Shown: positions 1 through 13,259 of the stretch, in pieces | How the letters are laid out: every line of letters begins with the position of its first letter | Position numbering within the stretch: the stretch's first letter is position 1 | Assembly (NCBI GenBank): GCA_951406725.2 | Contig: OX597823.1 | Location: 24,428,001 to 24,492,000 of the forward strand | Origin: Octopus vulgaris | Taxonomy: Eukaryota | DNA length: 64,000 bases | Reading direction: 5' to 3' | Notes under the pieces: model-generated | What the model was told of the DNA's origin: nothing | The model's input: only the letters and a program-made list of their open reading frames with translations | Database searches by the model: none | Translations under genes and position numbers: made by a program

Positions 1-266
1 AACATCCAATTCATCCAATTTAAGCAACCACAATAGTTGAGTGTACAAGGGGAACAAATAATATGAAATTGTGTTTATCATAATTTCTCCTACATTTGCT
101 CTGTATATCATAACCAGTTTACTATACTGCATGCATGTATATTGTGCAAATGATTCATTTTATTTTAGTTAATATCTTATATTCTAAATATGTAATTATC
201 TCCTCATTCTTCTCTTCTTCCTAACATATACTCACAATTGACACTAGTTTCTTTTATCAATTACAG

Positions 267-434
267 TTGTCACAAAAGTTGATTGTGGAGCACCAAAAGT
301 TGTTGTTGGTGCATCTAAATCCTACAATACTACTAACTACAAATCTGAAGTGATCTATACTTGTCAAAAAGGAGAAATATTAAAGGCAACATGTAAAGAG
401 AACAGGAAATGGTTTCCAGTAGTGTCTTGTAAAG
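267..434 (+). CDS. Exon S1: short Sushi/CCP-like module of a tandem PAN-PAN-Sushi extracellular protein
   Basis: ttacag|TT...AAAG|gtaatg, 168 nt, phase 1-1. Translates VTKVDCGAPKVVVGASKSYNTTNYKSEVIYTCQKGEILKATCKENRKWFPVVSCK: C-x2-P, V-x-Y-x-C, W and a terminal C, as in CCP modules. Five paralogous exons in the window. Confidence 0.9.
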
Positions 435-2679
435 GTAATGTAAATAGGGTCTTTCTTTTTGACTCTGCCTCAGTAATTTTGTTTTAGCTTTGAGTTCCAA
501 GTTTATGTCAGAGGAAGTCTGACTTTGTCCATGAAAATTTGCATTGTGTTTGTAATTGGTAGGAGGGTGAGAGCTAGTTATCCTCAGATCAGAGATGTTT
601 CTAAATGCTTGCAACACAGTGTACTTCATTAAAGATATTTAAGAGCCAGGTAATGGTAATAATTTGGTTGATGGGTTAAGTCTTCACCAAAGAACAGAAA
701 GTGAGGAAGTGCATTCTCTCCTTCAGGTTTCTGCTAGTCTCTATCCACCACTAAATTTCATCCACAATGCATAGTTGTGAATCAGAATTTTAGCAACACA
801 GCCACAAGTCTACAGAATATGATATTCTTGTTAAGTACACTTATTACTTCCATGAATATACCTCGGCTTAGTTTTGGAGTTTTTCTCTTAATTTTTAACT
901 TAACCTTTCTCGTCCAGTCTTTGTTTCATCCTCTGAAACACTGTACAATACAATGCACTGAATTTTTATTTACTAGAATTCAGCAATCATCCAAAATTTC
1001 TGATACTCTAATGGTCCATTCCACCATCCTAAATTGTAATGAAACAAATAATAATTATGGTTTCTGATGGAAAAAGAGCCAGTACTTTTGTATAGAAAAT
1101 TGTTAGTCAGTATCCTTACATCCAATACTGGACTACTGTTTTGTGTTGTTGACTCACCCCTTACAAGAATGAAATGTAAAGTTAACATGGGCTGGATTTC
1201 AACTGCAAACAATAAAATCCTGAATACATCCCATAAAAAATCACTTCCAAAGCTCTAATTTGTATACATGTATATATTTAATATAAAAATGAGAACGATG
1301 GTGTGATTTTCTAGAGTGTTGAAGAATCTTTATCTAAAACTAATTGAAGAAACCCACTGTCAAAGACCACCATGAACTCCAAGAAGTGCCCTCTCCATTT
1401 AATATTCTTTGACCAACAGGTTTTAAGCAGTGTTGGACCCATCCACCCTCAGGTCACTTTCAATAATTTTCCTTTAGGAGAATATCTTCCTATCCATCCT
1501 CATCAACTTTACAAGTGAAACTTTAAAAATACAGATTAGGGATTATCTAAAGAAGAAAGTTCCTATTGTCAGACCCTTGAATCACATCCATCACACAACT
1601 GCTTTTGCTATAGCTAGCAGACAGAGGAAAATGAACTTTTCTACTTGGTTAAAAGAGGATGTGAGGCAGTCATAATAATGGACTTGAATAACAGCTGGAT
1701 CTGTCTCACACATGATACCTGCTGTTTGACATAAATTTACAAGTCAATAATGCCTGGACATTGAACAAGTGCATATAAAATTAATTTGTTCCACTGTGAA
1801 CATCTTGAACAGCACTGTCTGTTAGAATTTCTATGACTACATTTTATTTTGGTTTCATAGACCTATTTGATAACACTACCAAGGGCTACAGGAAGTTTCC
1901 CATAGTATTCCATGGCCAAGAAGTTCTTTGAAACAAACTTCCCACCTCATTCTCATCAAACCCCAGAATATCGCTGAGAATATCAATGATCTTCCCCTCA
2001 ATTAATCTTCTATAGATTACATAGCCCAAGTCAAATTTGATTTGGTGTACTTACGATTACATTAGGTAATCTGACTTTCCCATTTTTAAAATTGTGTATG
2101 TGATTGAGAGATATTTTGATATTTATTGCATTAATATACAGGCACATTGACACAGTTGCTCTTACTGGACGTGGACCACAAGGTTCCATAGAATTTCATG
2201 ACATAACTGTTTCTCTCACAACTAGCTTATAAGAAAATATAAATACCACCACATTGTAATCAATTACGTATTCATTATTTAAGTACATGGCCAAAAATAT
2301 TTAGAAAAAAGAAATTAGTTTATGTGAAAGTCATGTCATTCTGAAGGTCACTGTCTATATAAAGTGATCTGAATCAAATCCAGAATGTGTTATCAAAAAT
2401 ATTGGTAACATCAGCAATAATTATAAATATTTGTATTGACAATGGATTGAGAGGATCATCAGAACATCAGACGAAATATGTTGTGGTATTTGTTCTGGCT
2501 CTTTGACATTTGAGTTCAACTATATTTTTCCAGTGCCAATAAAATAAAATATCTGTCAAATATAGGAGCCAATTTAATCAATCATCTCCTACCTCAAATT
2601 TTTGTTCATTTTGCTTCATTAGAAATTATGGATGTTGTTTTTGTTGTTTACATTTATCTCAATCTTACTTTAATTCTAG

Positions 2680-2919
2680 TTACTGAGAGAAAATTTTTGA
2701 AAGTAAAAAATGCAATGCTGGATGTACCTGGAAAAACTTTGTGGAGAAAGAAAAATGTAACAGCAGATGCCTGTGCAGAAAAATGTTCATCTGACACAAA
2801 TTGTTTATCATTTGAGATAACTAAAGTAAGTGGAAAATGTTACTTATCGAAAGCAACTGCAGCTTCCAACAAGAAAATAAAAACAGCCAAGAACAGAGAT
2901 TACTACCAACGAATAGATC
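2680..2919 (+). CDS. Exon P1: PAN/apple domain, basic type (subtype a)
   Basis: ttctag|TT...GATC|gtaatt, 240 nt, phase 1-1. CAEKCSSDTNCLSFE...GKCYLS...DYYQR is the 4-Cys PAN core C-x3-C-x5-C...C. Confidence 0.92.
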
Positions 2920-3349
2920 GTAATTATTTTTTGTGTTTCTCTTTACCTCATTTTCTGAAATTTTTGATCGATTTGTACTTTGTAGTTTATAGAAAACCAT
3001 TTCTGTAAAGGCATTGATAGCTTTATCTATAGGGACAAACATAAACACATTCATGAAATAAGAAATTGTGGGAAAAATACTGTTAAGGCATTCTCATATA
3101 GCATTTGTTTATCTTGAAGAATTTTCTGTAATATGTTTTCAATCATTTCAAAAATAGGTATTTTAGACACATCTTGCAGTATTACAAGGTGTTAGCTAGA
3201 ATTGTATTTCGTAAGAAGTCAATAAAAAATTAGCATTCTCCACCTCCATAGTTGAAGACTGTAAGAAAGAAGAAATGTGAAATGATTTTTTAGTCACTGA
3301 CCTGCATTATTATTAGGAGTTTTACAAAACATCTATATCAACCAATGAA

Positions 3350-4480
3350 ATGGTGCAGGTGCTGAACATTGTGTGGGGACCAAATCACTAGGACTTGCTC
3401 TACTCTGTGAGCTGTATTTCCACCTACCAAATATCTTCATTCCTGTCTTGAAAGCCATTCACTGCAATTTGCTGAAGACTGGAAGGATTTGGTGGGAATA
3501 GTGGCACACAGAAGATGGAGCAGAACATGAGGGTTTCCATAGAATATTTCAGACCCAGAACTCTCTCTACAATATAGAGTTAAAGATTTTGGCAAATGTG
3601 CTTGTCAAGATTTTGGCACTTGTAACAATATCCACCTTATGCAAAACATCATACATCACATCGAAAAGAGTTCTAGATTTGATGGGGCATTAGATTAGTG
3701 AAAAGCATTTGACAAGGTGGACCATTACTACCTAGCAGCTGTCCTAGGACCTGTTAAGTTTGGTCCTTTCTTCAGAGGCTGGATCACCACAATGTACATT
3801 GGTATCAATTAAATGTGCATATCAAATAGCCACCTCTTAGAATATTTAGCATTAAATGTTTGGTCTGTAAAGGATGCCTTTGCTGCTGAGAATGGAGAGT
3901 TTGAGGGTTATCCTACTTGGTATGGGCTACAGGAGGTCCATGTTGTCTTACATGGACAATATCACTGACAAGGTACTGGACACTTTCTATATGGATGGCT
4001 ATACTACTGAAAGAGAATCACATACGTGCTACAGCAAATTGGTGGTCTTGCAACAAGGCACTCGGAGAGGCAAGCTCATGTTGGCCAACGGTTATGTGTG
4101 CCTCTAAACTAAGTGTCCAATGGAAGTCCTCAAAATCTGCTTTGGATCTCTAGGTTGATAATAACTGGATATTTGTTGCAAGCAAGGTGGCCAATCTCAC
4201 TCAGAAATAATCTGAGAAGCTGTCCCTGAATGGTTGGGCTGAAGTGATTAAAGTATACATTGCTTTGGTGATGAACTACCATCTGATCATAATACCTCAA
4301 GAACGACCTCATCAGACTAGAGTGGATACTTTTCCAACTCTTTTAGAAGAAACAAGTTCCACTTATCAAGAAATCCATCTGCTGATAACAGCTACCCACA
4401 ACAGTCTTCTGATGCCATCCTTGGTGGTGCACAGACATGCTTAAAGGCTAACACATCTGCAGAAATATTTGAACCACTGT
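3350..4480 (+). mobile_element. Degenerate L1/Tx1-like LINE reverse transcriptase fragment
   Basis: Around 3704-3800 reads KAFDKVDHYYLAAVL...FGPFFRGWITTMY, an RT motif typical of the L1/Tx1 clades. Many frameshifts. Confidence 0.6.
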
Positions 4481-4494
4481 GATGGTGAGGACAT

Positions 4495-5670
4495 TATAAT
4501 CATCATTTAACATCCTTTCTTCATGCTGGCATAGGTTGGACAGTTTAACCAGAGGTGGCCAACTGGAGGGTTGCCCAGGCTCCATTTTGTCTGTTTTGAC
4601 ATGGTTTCTTTCTATAGCTGGATGACCTTCCTAATGTCAACAACTTTACAAAGTGTACTTGGTGTTTTAAAGTAACACTATCCCAGGCAGTGTCACATGG
4701 CACTGGCATGGGTGCTATTACTTGGCATTGGTACAGGCACTTTTACATGGCACAGGCATGGGAATTTTAATATGGCACCAGCACAGGCTCTTTTATATGC
4801 CACTGGGACGGGTGCTTTTATATGGTATCAGCATGGTTGCTTTTGCATGGCATTGGCATTGGCATGGGCACTTATCATGGCACCAGCACAGGAACTTTTA
4901 CACAGCACTGGCACAGGTGCTCTCATGTGGCACTAGCATGGGTGCTTTTACATGACACCAGCATGGGCGCTTTTATGTGGCACCAGCACAGGCAGATTTG
5001 ACTGGCACAGATGCTTTTGCATGGCACCAGTACCCATGAGTTCACAAGACTGGGACCTCTCAGAGAGAGGGATATAAAAGCTATGCCTGTACATGTGGAC
5101 AGCCATGTTTTACTTAGCTTGATGTGTCCCCTTAAGCACAGCAAATTGCCAGAAATCTAGGTCCCTTGTCATCTCCTCCATAAGGCCCAAATTCTGAAGG
5201 TCCTTTTACACCACTTAGCCTTACATCTGTGGTTTATCCTTTCCACACATTCCCTTCACATTTAGAAATCAGTTCTTCTTGATGCAGCTGTACTCATCCA
5301 TATGCATCACATAAACATATCAGTGCAGCTCTCTCACTTGCACACGTCTGATGCTTTGTATACCCAACTTTTCTCTCAAATCACTTGCCCTCTGTTGTAC
5401 ATGAACACTAACATTACTCATCCTTCAGAACATGCTGGCTTAATTTTTTTCAAGCTTTCACACATTCTCAGATGTCACAACCCATGTCTCACTGCCATGT
5501 AACATACCTATTCATACACAGGCACCATACAATCTATCTTTCCCAATGAGGAAGAGGCTCTATGTTATTAACATAGTTAGTAACTATCAGAACTTTGCCC
5601 AGCCCCATCTTATTCTAGCAACTATGCATTCAGAACTATTTCCTCCACTCCTAACTTTGTCACCTAAGTA
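4495..5670 (-). mobile_element. RTE-type LINE 3' end with internal ~29-bp tandem repeats
   Basis: (cat)n tail plus a catgctggcataggttggacag end shared with other copies. Tandem ggtgcttttacatggcaccagcac units at ~4690-5040. Degenerate RT C-terminus at 5160-5670. Confidence 0.7.
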
Positions 5671-6065
5671 ATGTAGATAATACATTTGTACACCCATCTT
5701 CTGATGGTGTGCTTTTGTTTAAGATTAAATGATCATCTTTTGCACTATGTTTAGATTCAACAAAAGAACACCATTAGAAAATTAGGCACAAATAGATTTC
5801 ATGCAACTTAAATTTTGAAACAAGGTTTCAAATGAGCCTGAAGATATTCTACATTCACAAAACTCTGACAAAATCGTTATTTTGTGGATCAATTATTTGT
5901 TTATAATGCAGGCATGTCCAACCTATGCTTGCATGGAAAATGAATGTAAAATGTTTATGATGAAGATGACCATTTAAAACAAATTATGCAACAAATTCTA
6001 TATAATATTTAATATGTGTATGAATATAAAATATCTTTCTTGTTTTTCATTTCTTTTTTATCTAG

Positions 6066-6299
6066 CCGATGATGATCTTTTTACTTTTAAAAGAACTGCC
6101 ATACCAAAGCATAATACATTTGGTCGGATTAAAGGAGTAAGTTTAAAGGAGTGTGACCGTGCTTGCCTTCAAATTCCAGGATGTAAATCTTATGAGTATC
6201 ATGAAAAATATAAATTCTGTAATCCATCTAATGAGACTCACCTGACTTATGACCTTAAACCCAACAAAAATGGATGGGATATACATATCATGAACCCAG
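6066..6299 (+). CDS. Exon Q1: PAN/apple domain, second type (subtype a)
   Basis: tctag|CC...CCAG|gtcagt, 234 nt, phase 1-1. SLKECDRACLQIPGCKSYEYHEKYKFC...WDIH. Confidence 0.92.
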
Positions 6300-6964
6300 G
6301 TCAGTGGAGTGTAATTCATTTAATTTTATGTGTGTCTGCATGCATGCATGTGTCAGTATGTTTATAAAACACACACACAAATGTACATCAGTTTAAATGA
6401 ATACTGTAGCTTCTTAGCATCTAGCATATATATGGCTTGTATAGAACACTCAAAGGCAAAAATAATAGATCAATAAAATTCATTAGTCAATTTATCACAT
6501 TCATTTCATTGTATGTCAGAATTAATTGAGTAATTTTGTTAAGATGACAAATGCTCCAGATTGAATAGCAATGTACATTGCACAATATGTGATGAATAAA
6601 CTTAGGAATAAAGAAAAAGGGAGAAATACACTTAAGAACAGCACATATTTCTGAATCAGAAAAATTCAAACTATAAGTGTAATTACATCATAAAATAATG
6701 ATATAATATGCTTCATCTTTAGGTATGGCACCACTCAGATGAAATCAAATTCCACATTGAGTATTGATGCAAATATTAAGTGTTTTATGAAATAACTACA
6801 CTTATGATTTGAATATTTCTGCTTTGGTAATGTGCTGTATTTAACTGCATTTCTTCATTATTATTATTGATATGACAGTTTGACCAAGGGAGCCTGACAG
6901 AGTAAGAACCAGATTTAAAAATGGGTACTGGATTCAGTTTGTTATATGTATTTTTGTGTATGTG

Positions 6965-7507
6965 CATGTGACATAATCCCAAATTTAAAAGAGTGGAATA
7001 GGTAATGTGTAAGCTACATACATTTCGTAACTAGCTGAAGTTCATTACATAAGTATTATATAACAAACTATTTTTATTTATATAAATTGGAAGACAACAC
7101 ACTAGAAATCCACCGCAATCTATCCTTAACATTTTTAAATAAGACTCTTAATGCCTGAATACATACCCCCTTATTTCCCAGAATGACACCAATTTTTTCT
7201 TTCTCCTTTTCTTCCTACTCTTTGACCCTTAACCACACCCACTCTATCCATTATTTCAGTTCCACCTTACACCAAGACATTCAGTGCTTTTTTTAAACTT
7301 GCTTTTTTTTTGTTATTGACTTTACTATCCATTTAGAATTCCTCACAGCAATGCAAACTTCATTGAAATAATTTCAACCTGATGACTACCTACATTGTAG
7401 AGAGTTCACTATGTAATACTTATGTAATGAGCTTCAGCTAATTAAGAAACATATGTAGTTTGCATATTACTTGTTCCACTCCTTTAAATTTTGGATTTTA
7501 TTCACAT
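6965..7507. repeat. Inverted repeat (fold-back), ~95-bp arms
   Basis: 6965-7061 (ccaaatttaaaagagtggaata...ttacataagtattata) is the degenerate reverse complement of 7411-7507. Confidence 0.8.
7375..7462 (+). ncRNA. Degenerate type I hammerhead ribozyme motif
   Basis: aac-CTGATGA (7379)...long stem II...GAAAC-ATAT-GT-A-gtt (7446-7460). The stem III loop is palindromic. The stem II closing pair is broken. Confidence 0.55.
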
Positions 7508-8368
7508 TTTTAGCAGCATTATTTGCTGGCAGTGAGTTGTATAGAAACTGTCATTTATCAAACTTTTCTGTAATTTCGATATGGGAAAAAGTATGTAATT
7601 TATGATGCCAATAAAATATTATTTTGTTTTATTGTGTACTCTTCATATTTGTTCTCTAAATTTGTTGTCTATTGCTTGAATCTTACAAACTTCCTACACT
7701 TAGATCCCTGGATCACATTTATATTACTCTGTCTCTCTTTTCTTTCTCTCTCTCTCTTTCTATATATATATATATATAAATACACACATACACAAATATA
7801 GTGGCCAGTTTTTCACACATATGATTTGTAAAAAGATTGATTGAGTACAAAATTGATAGTATTTTCTGACTGAGATATATCATAATCATAATTATCAACA
7901 TATTATATAGACAAAATGGTGGAGTTTCAGCATAGGTTACATGCAAAAGTAGAATTTTCTACATTTTGACAGGGTTTTTTCAAATTTTTTTCACCAAGCT
8001 CATCAAAATTTATGAAAAATGAATTTGAAAATCTTTGGTTTTCTCTCACCCACCCCTACCCAGGGCCCTGAAGACAGACTTTTATAATTATTTTTCCACT
8101 GTGCACATAAAAATGAAGGGGGAAGCATTTAAAAAAAATTAAAATGTTGAATTCTATGAAAATCCATGATTTTATAATGTTGAAACAACAGAAATGACCA
8201 TTATAATTCTTTCCCCACTCCTCTGTATTTCAGCACATAATGAAATACAATTTTTAAAAGTTTTCCATTCAACATGAACAGCAAAAAAAAAAAACAAAGA
8301 ATAAATTTATAAACAATAGTGGAAACTTATTTATCCCGTATTTATGAAATTGTTTTTGCGTATTTGTG

Positions 8369-8444
<76 letters not shown>

Positions 8445-9639
8445 TGTGTGTGAATATATTCTAGGTCTAATTTTGAAAATAATTTTTACCATTGCAATTT
8501 CCATAACTAAATTGTTTTTTTGATTATTTAAATAGAGAAGTGAGTAATGCTGCATTGATTTGAAGCAAGTATGGGGTGGGGTGTCATTTTCTGGTTTGTC
8601 AATAAAAGAGAAGGCAAAAATAGCTATGCAGAGTCAAAAATCAAATGTAGATGTTTTAAAGGAAAGAATAAAGTCTCTCTCTATCCCTCTTTGTCTCTCT
8701 ATCTCTATAAAAGGAAACAGCCAACAATCACACTAAGGATGTCTCAAAACTGGAGGAGCATAGAATTGAGATTATTTCTCAGAAGCTATCTAATATCTGA
8801 AAGAGACAACCCAAATAATATAATAACAACATTTATTCTTTGTTTTTTTTTTGCTGTTCATGTTGAATAGAAAACTTTTAAAAATTGTATTTCCTTATGT
8901 GCTGAAATACAGAGGAGTGGTGAAAGAGCAATATCTACAGAAGGACCACAGCTCAGATTGAGTGAGAAAAAAAACAAGAGCTCATTTGCTCCTATCTTCT
9001 CATCAGACTTCACATTAACATCTTTGATGCCATCTTTGAAAATGAACTCAAAAAGGATGATAAGGATGGAAACACTGATGTGAGTGAAAGATGTTGCCTT
9101 GGCTCTACACACACCCAAGAATGAGAGATTTGCCAGAGAAGGAGACAGAAACACTAATAGCCCTACCACTACTAATGTAAACAACTAAGGAAACTCATGG
9201 GATAATTAAAGAAAGAGAAAATGAAGAGTAAAGGAAAGTAAATGTCCCTGAAAACAAGCAGGAACAAAAAAATGATGATACAACTGATAAAAAAAAAAGA
9301 ACAACCCTCTAACAAGAAGAACAGTGAAAGAAAGACGTAAGTTAGACAGCCCATACACGAAGGTATCAATAGTAAAAAAGAAAACAAACATTGGCACAAC
9401 AAAACCCTGGACAATGGAAACACAAGAAAGAGAGAGCACACAGAAGTGTGTAAATTCTACATCTGCAGTGTCTGAAAACTGCCATTTCACACTTCCAAAG
9501 CTGTGCCACAGCTGCATAAAGCAGGATATAAACATGCCTCCAAAGGAACTAAAGGATAAATAAAAATTCCAAAGGGGAAAAAGTCATGAACCACCTGCAC
9601 TAAAATGAAAATATGCAGATGCAGTCATAAGGACTACAG

Positions 9640-10200
9640 CTGAGCAACAATCTTGTTTTCCAAGTTGACATAAGTATTGTGGTCAGAGCAATTAAGTATA
9701 TCAAGGGTGGAAAAGCAGCTGGTCCATCAGGAATCATTAATATTATGCTTAAAATATCTAGCAAATTGGAATACAGGTCAATTACTAAAATAGTCATTCA
9801 CGTAATAAAAGTAAAATTCTAAACAACGATCGAAATAGTGTTAACTGCTACAAACTGCAATAGAGATGCACTAGAGAGAGAAGACCACAGAAGAATCAGA
9901 TTTTTATTAATGTTATGACAGTGACACAAAGGGTCATTTATTAAGAACAAGAATAACCTCAATAAGATACAGTTTGGCTTTATAATATGTTCCAAGTGAA
10001 ACACTTGTTGAAATATTTAGCTAGTAGTGAACCCCTATATTTAGCATTGATCAGTGTCACAGGCTCTGTGATTTTGTAGTTACTAAGCAAGGTAGGAATA
10101 GATGACTGTCTTATGAGGGCCATACAGTCTTTGGACTGAGATGCATTAAGTAAAGTGAGAGTCCCACAATGCATTTTCAGTACCAGTGCTGATACCAACG
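9640..10200 (+). mobile_element. Degenerate RTE LINE RT fragment
   Basis: GKAAGPSGI...MLK motif at ~9705-9755. Resembles the RTE copies at 49.9-52.1 kb and 58 kb. Confidence 0.6.
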
Positions 10201-11480
10201 TTTGAAATACTCTACAGGCTTGCAGAGGAAATTAGCTCCATATACAAATCCTTCAAGATCCTGATAACAACTAGAAAGTTACACAAAGCAGTGATATTGA
10301 CAGGCTCTGTACAAGAATGTATGAAGGCCTAGAAACTTGAAATCACTGAGAACCTTTGAATGTCATATGTTGAATAGTTTCGCACAGACAGCAGCTGGGA
10401 AACAAAAGCAACAAAAACAAATACATTAAACTAGTGCTGAAAAGCAAAGAGAAGGACATTATGTATCTCGGCAGTGATCTCTGCAAGAACCAATCTCTTC
10501 ATGACCCAAAAGAGCCTGGCTAACATAACTCGAAGAAGTCCTAGATGTGAAACACACAGCACACTAAAAAAAAAAAGGACTATGCTTGTGTGTATTTCTT
10601 GAAGACTTGGAGAAGACAGAAATATTGTCATGAAATGCAGCCTTCTTGGACTCATGACCACTACATAATGTCACACTTCAAAGCTTATAGGTTTGCTATA
10701 TGTACTGAATGCACCTCTATCCAAAAGCTGTATGGCCCTCATAAGACACTCATCTCTTAGCTTGCTTAGTGACTAAAAAATCAAAGAGAATGTGACACTG
10801 ATTAAGGCCTTCTCTAAGTTGATAAATGCTAAATAACATCACACTTCGAAGACTATATGTTTGCAATCCAAGGTGATTGCTACAGAATACCCAATAAATA
10901 TAAGAAGCAGGGAAGCCATTGGAAACTCAAAATGCAACAAGACATGTCACTTATGTCATATTTCTGTGGAAGACATCACAAATCTGATCAGCAACTGCCC
11001 AAAAATGTCATCAAGGTACTATTTCCTAATGTGACATGATGTTGTAACTACCACAATATACAATGCTATCTGAAAACAAGAATGTTCTGGGATGACTACT
11101 GAATATATACACAAGCATCAACACAAGGAGAATTTCTGGAACATTACCTTCAACATTTCTAGCAAACTAGATAGTGCTGTTTAGGAGGGATAAGAAAAAG
11201 CATATACAGTTATAGACATCAGTTGCCCCACTCATGAACATCTCTTCAAAAAATTAAAGAGAAAGTGTATAACTATGAACGACTGGTTTGAAACTTCAGC
11301 TTTTATACCTACCCTGACTATAAATTCACATTTATACCATTCGTAATTGGTGCAATTGGTCTTGTGAATAAATGCCTAAGTGAGATTCTGGATGAGTTAT
11401 GGTTTCCAGAAGAAAGAAATCAACCAGCTAATACACATGTTACAAATATAATCTGTAAGTGGAACAGTGAAAATATGCAA
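10200..11480 (+). mobile_element. Degenerate R4/NeSL-like non-LTR fragment (REL endonuclease end)
   Basis: FWD..., DISCP and IPFVIGAIG motifs at 11.08-11.36 kb, resembling the intact copy at 53.5-54.3 kb. Confidence 0.5.
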
Positions 11481-11755
11481 GACTTTCATAAAGTTCAGAA
11501 TATAAATTTGTTTTCATCTCGATTTCAACATTGGAGCTTTGTATCTTTGTTAAATACCAGCTTCCTTCTTACAGAAAGTCTTCACATAATTAATAAAAGA
11601 AGAAAACTACAAACATACATGTGTTTTTATGTGTGAGCAAATTTCTTCTATTTGATTCATGCAATATGTTTTATTCTAACATTGTTATCTCCTTATTGTC
11701 ACCCTTCTCCTAACATGCACACATCATTGATATCAATTTTTGTTTTCAATTCCAG

Positions 11756-11926
11756 TTTACAGCAAAATAAAATGTGGACGACCAAGAAAAATTGCTGGTT
11801 TATTGATGTCCTACAATTCCACCGCTTATAGATCTGAAGTGACCTACACATGTCCAGACGGAGAAGAACTGAAGTCGAAATGTGATAAGGACAAAAAATG
11901 GACTTCAGTAGACTCTGTTTGTGAAG
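11756..11926 (+). CDS. Exon S2: Sushi/CCP-like module
   Basis: ttccag|TT...GAAG|gtaagg, 171 nt. YSKIKCGRPRKIAG...SEVTYTCPDGEELKSKCDKDKKWTSVDSVCE. Confidence 0.9.
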
Positions 11927-12522
11927 GTAAGGCAAATAGCTACCTTCTTGCTGTTTCTGTCTATGTAATTTTGTTTCACCTTTGTGCTAAATGTTTTAGT
12001 CAGAAGAGGACTGGCTGACTCTATAGCAACTTCTACATTGATTGTGGATGGTGTAAGGGAGAAAGAAAGCTATCCTCAGATCAGGGAACTCCTCAAACAT
12101 AGTGGACATCATTTATTCTACCCAAGTGCCAGGTATTAGATTGGATGATGGATTAAGTCCACCAGCCAAATAGGATAAGTGTGGAAATTTCTCCCTCCAG
12201 CAAGCTTCCACATAACTTTCATCTACCAAATTTCATCCTTAGTTGTAGAGCAAATTTTTAACCACAAAACCAAGACTACACCCAGGACCCCAAAGTTGTG
12301 AAGTAACCTTCTTAAATTCACAGTCATACCTAAGGGATTCTATGTGTATCTTCTTTTAATTTCTTTTTCACCAGTACCATGCACCATCATCCAAAACTCT
12401 GTTCAGTATAATGTTCTGGGTCCTTCATCACCAGAATTCAACAATCCTCTGAAATAGTCTTCTAATGCACCACTGATTCTTTCAATCCACCATTCTTAAT
12501 CATACTTTCTACCATAGACACA

Positions 12523-12843
12523 AGGCCTAAAATTTGGCAGAATTTGAACTCAGAATGTAATGACAAATGAAATACCACTAAGCATTTTGCTTGCCAGGCA
12601 AATGTTTCTTATTTTTTTATTGCCCACAAGGGGCTAAACATAGAGGAGACAAACAAAGACAGACAAATGGATTAAGTTGATTACATCGACCCCAGTGTGT
12701 AACTGGTACTTAATTTATTGACCCCGAAAGGATGAAAGGCAAAGTCAACTTCGGCGGAATTTGAATTCAGAGCATAATAGCAGACAAAATACTGCTAAAC
12801 ATTTTGCCTAGTGTGCTAACATTTCTGCCAGCTCTCTACCTTA
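12523..12843 (-). mobile_element. tRNA-derived SINE (one partial and one near-full copy)
   Basis: Reverse complement of the 54647-54860 SINE: B-box ggaatttgaattc and central gaccccgaaaggatgaaaggc. Confidence 0.75.
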
Positions 12844-13259
12844 AAAAATAATAGCAGTTTTTATTTCATTTTTATTTTTTAGTATATATATTACATAATT
12901 TAAATAAGATTAAACTTAAATGTTTGTTAAATAAATACATAAATAAATAATTTAATGGATATAGATTAAATTATAGAAATTTAGCTTTACTTAATGTATA
13001 TTATGTATTTTAAATATTTTGTTTTAATTACCTGTACTTTAATTTTCCATTAAGGATATATTATAGTTTGTTATTTTCTTCTATAAGCTAAAATATATTT
13101 TCATAGATAAAATAAATATTTCAAAGATAAAAAAAATAACGATATATTGTTGAATTTTGTTCGATTTTTTATTGTAAAATTACGTATTTATATATATATA
13201 TATCTTTTCTTATAAGATAATATACATACATTTATTTAATTATTTTATTGTTTTTATCT

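Noticed and set aside
333-629. Minus-strand ORF with a paralog at 63564-63991
   Set aside because: It is the antisense shadow of exons S1/S6 plus duplicated intron, and the frame is not preserved between the copies.
1300-2350. Intron blocks shared among units (also ~21230-21900, 33900-34570, 42650-43990) as conserved regulatory elements
   Set aside because: The similarity is explained by the segmental duplications, and they look as diverged as neutral intron. They may be an old TE that I could not classify.
4690-5040. Regularly spaced repeats resembling a CRISPR array (also 29740-29995)
   Set aside because: Degenerate tandem units with no unique spacers, inside an RTE 3' UTR, in a eukaryotic intron with no cas genes.
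6879-6901. Possible micro-exon gacag|...|gtaaga
   Set aside because: 23 nt (frame-shifting), poor polypyrimidine tract, and not seen in the other units.
8913-9560. Possible extra Lys/Ser-rich exon or gene after a tacag acceptor
   Set aside because: The frames I read hit stops within ~60 codons, there is no domain motif, and no counterpart exists in the paralogous Q3-S5 intron.
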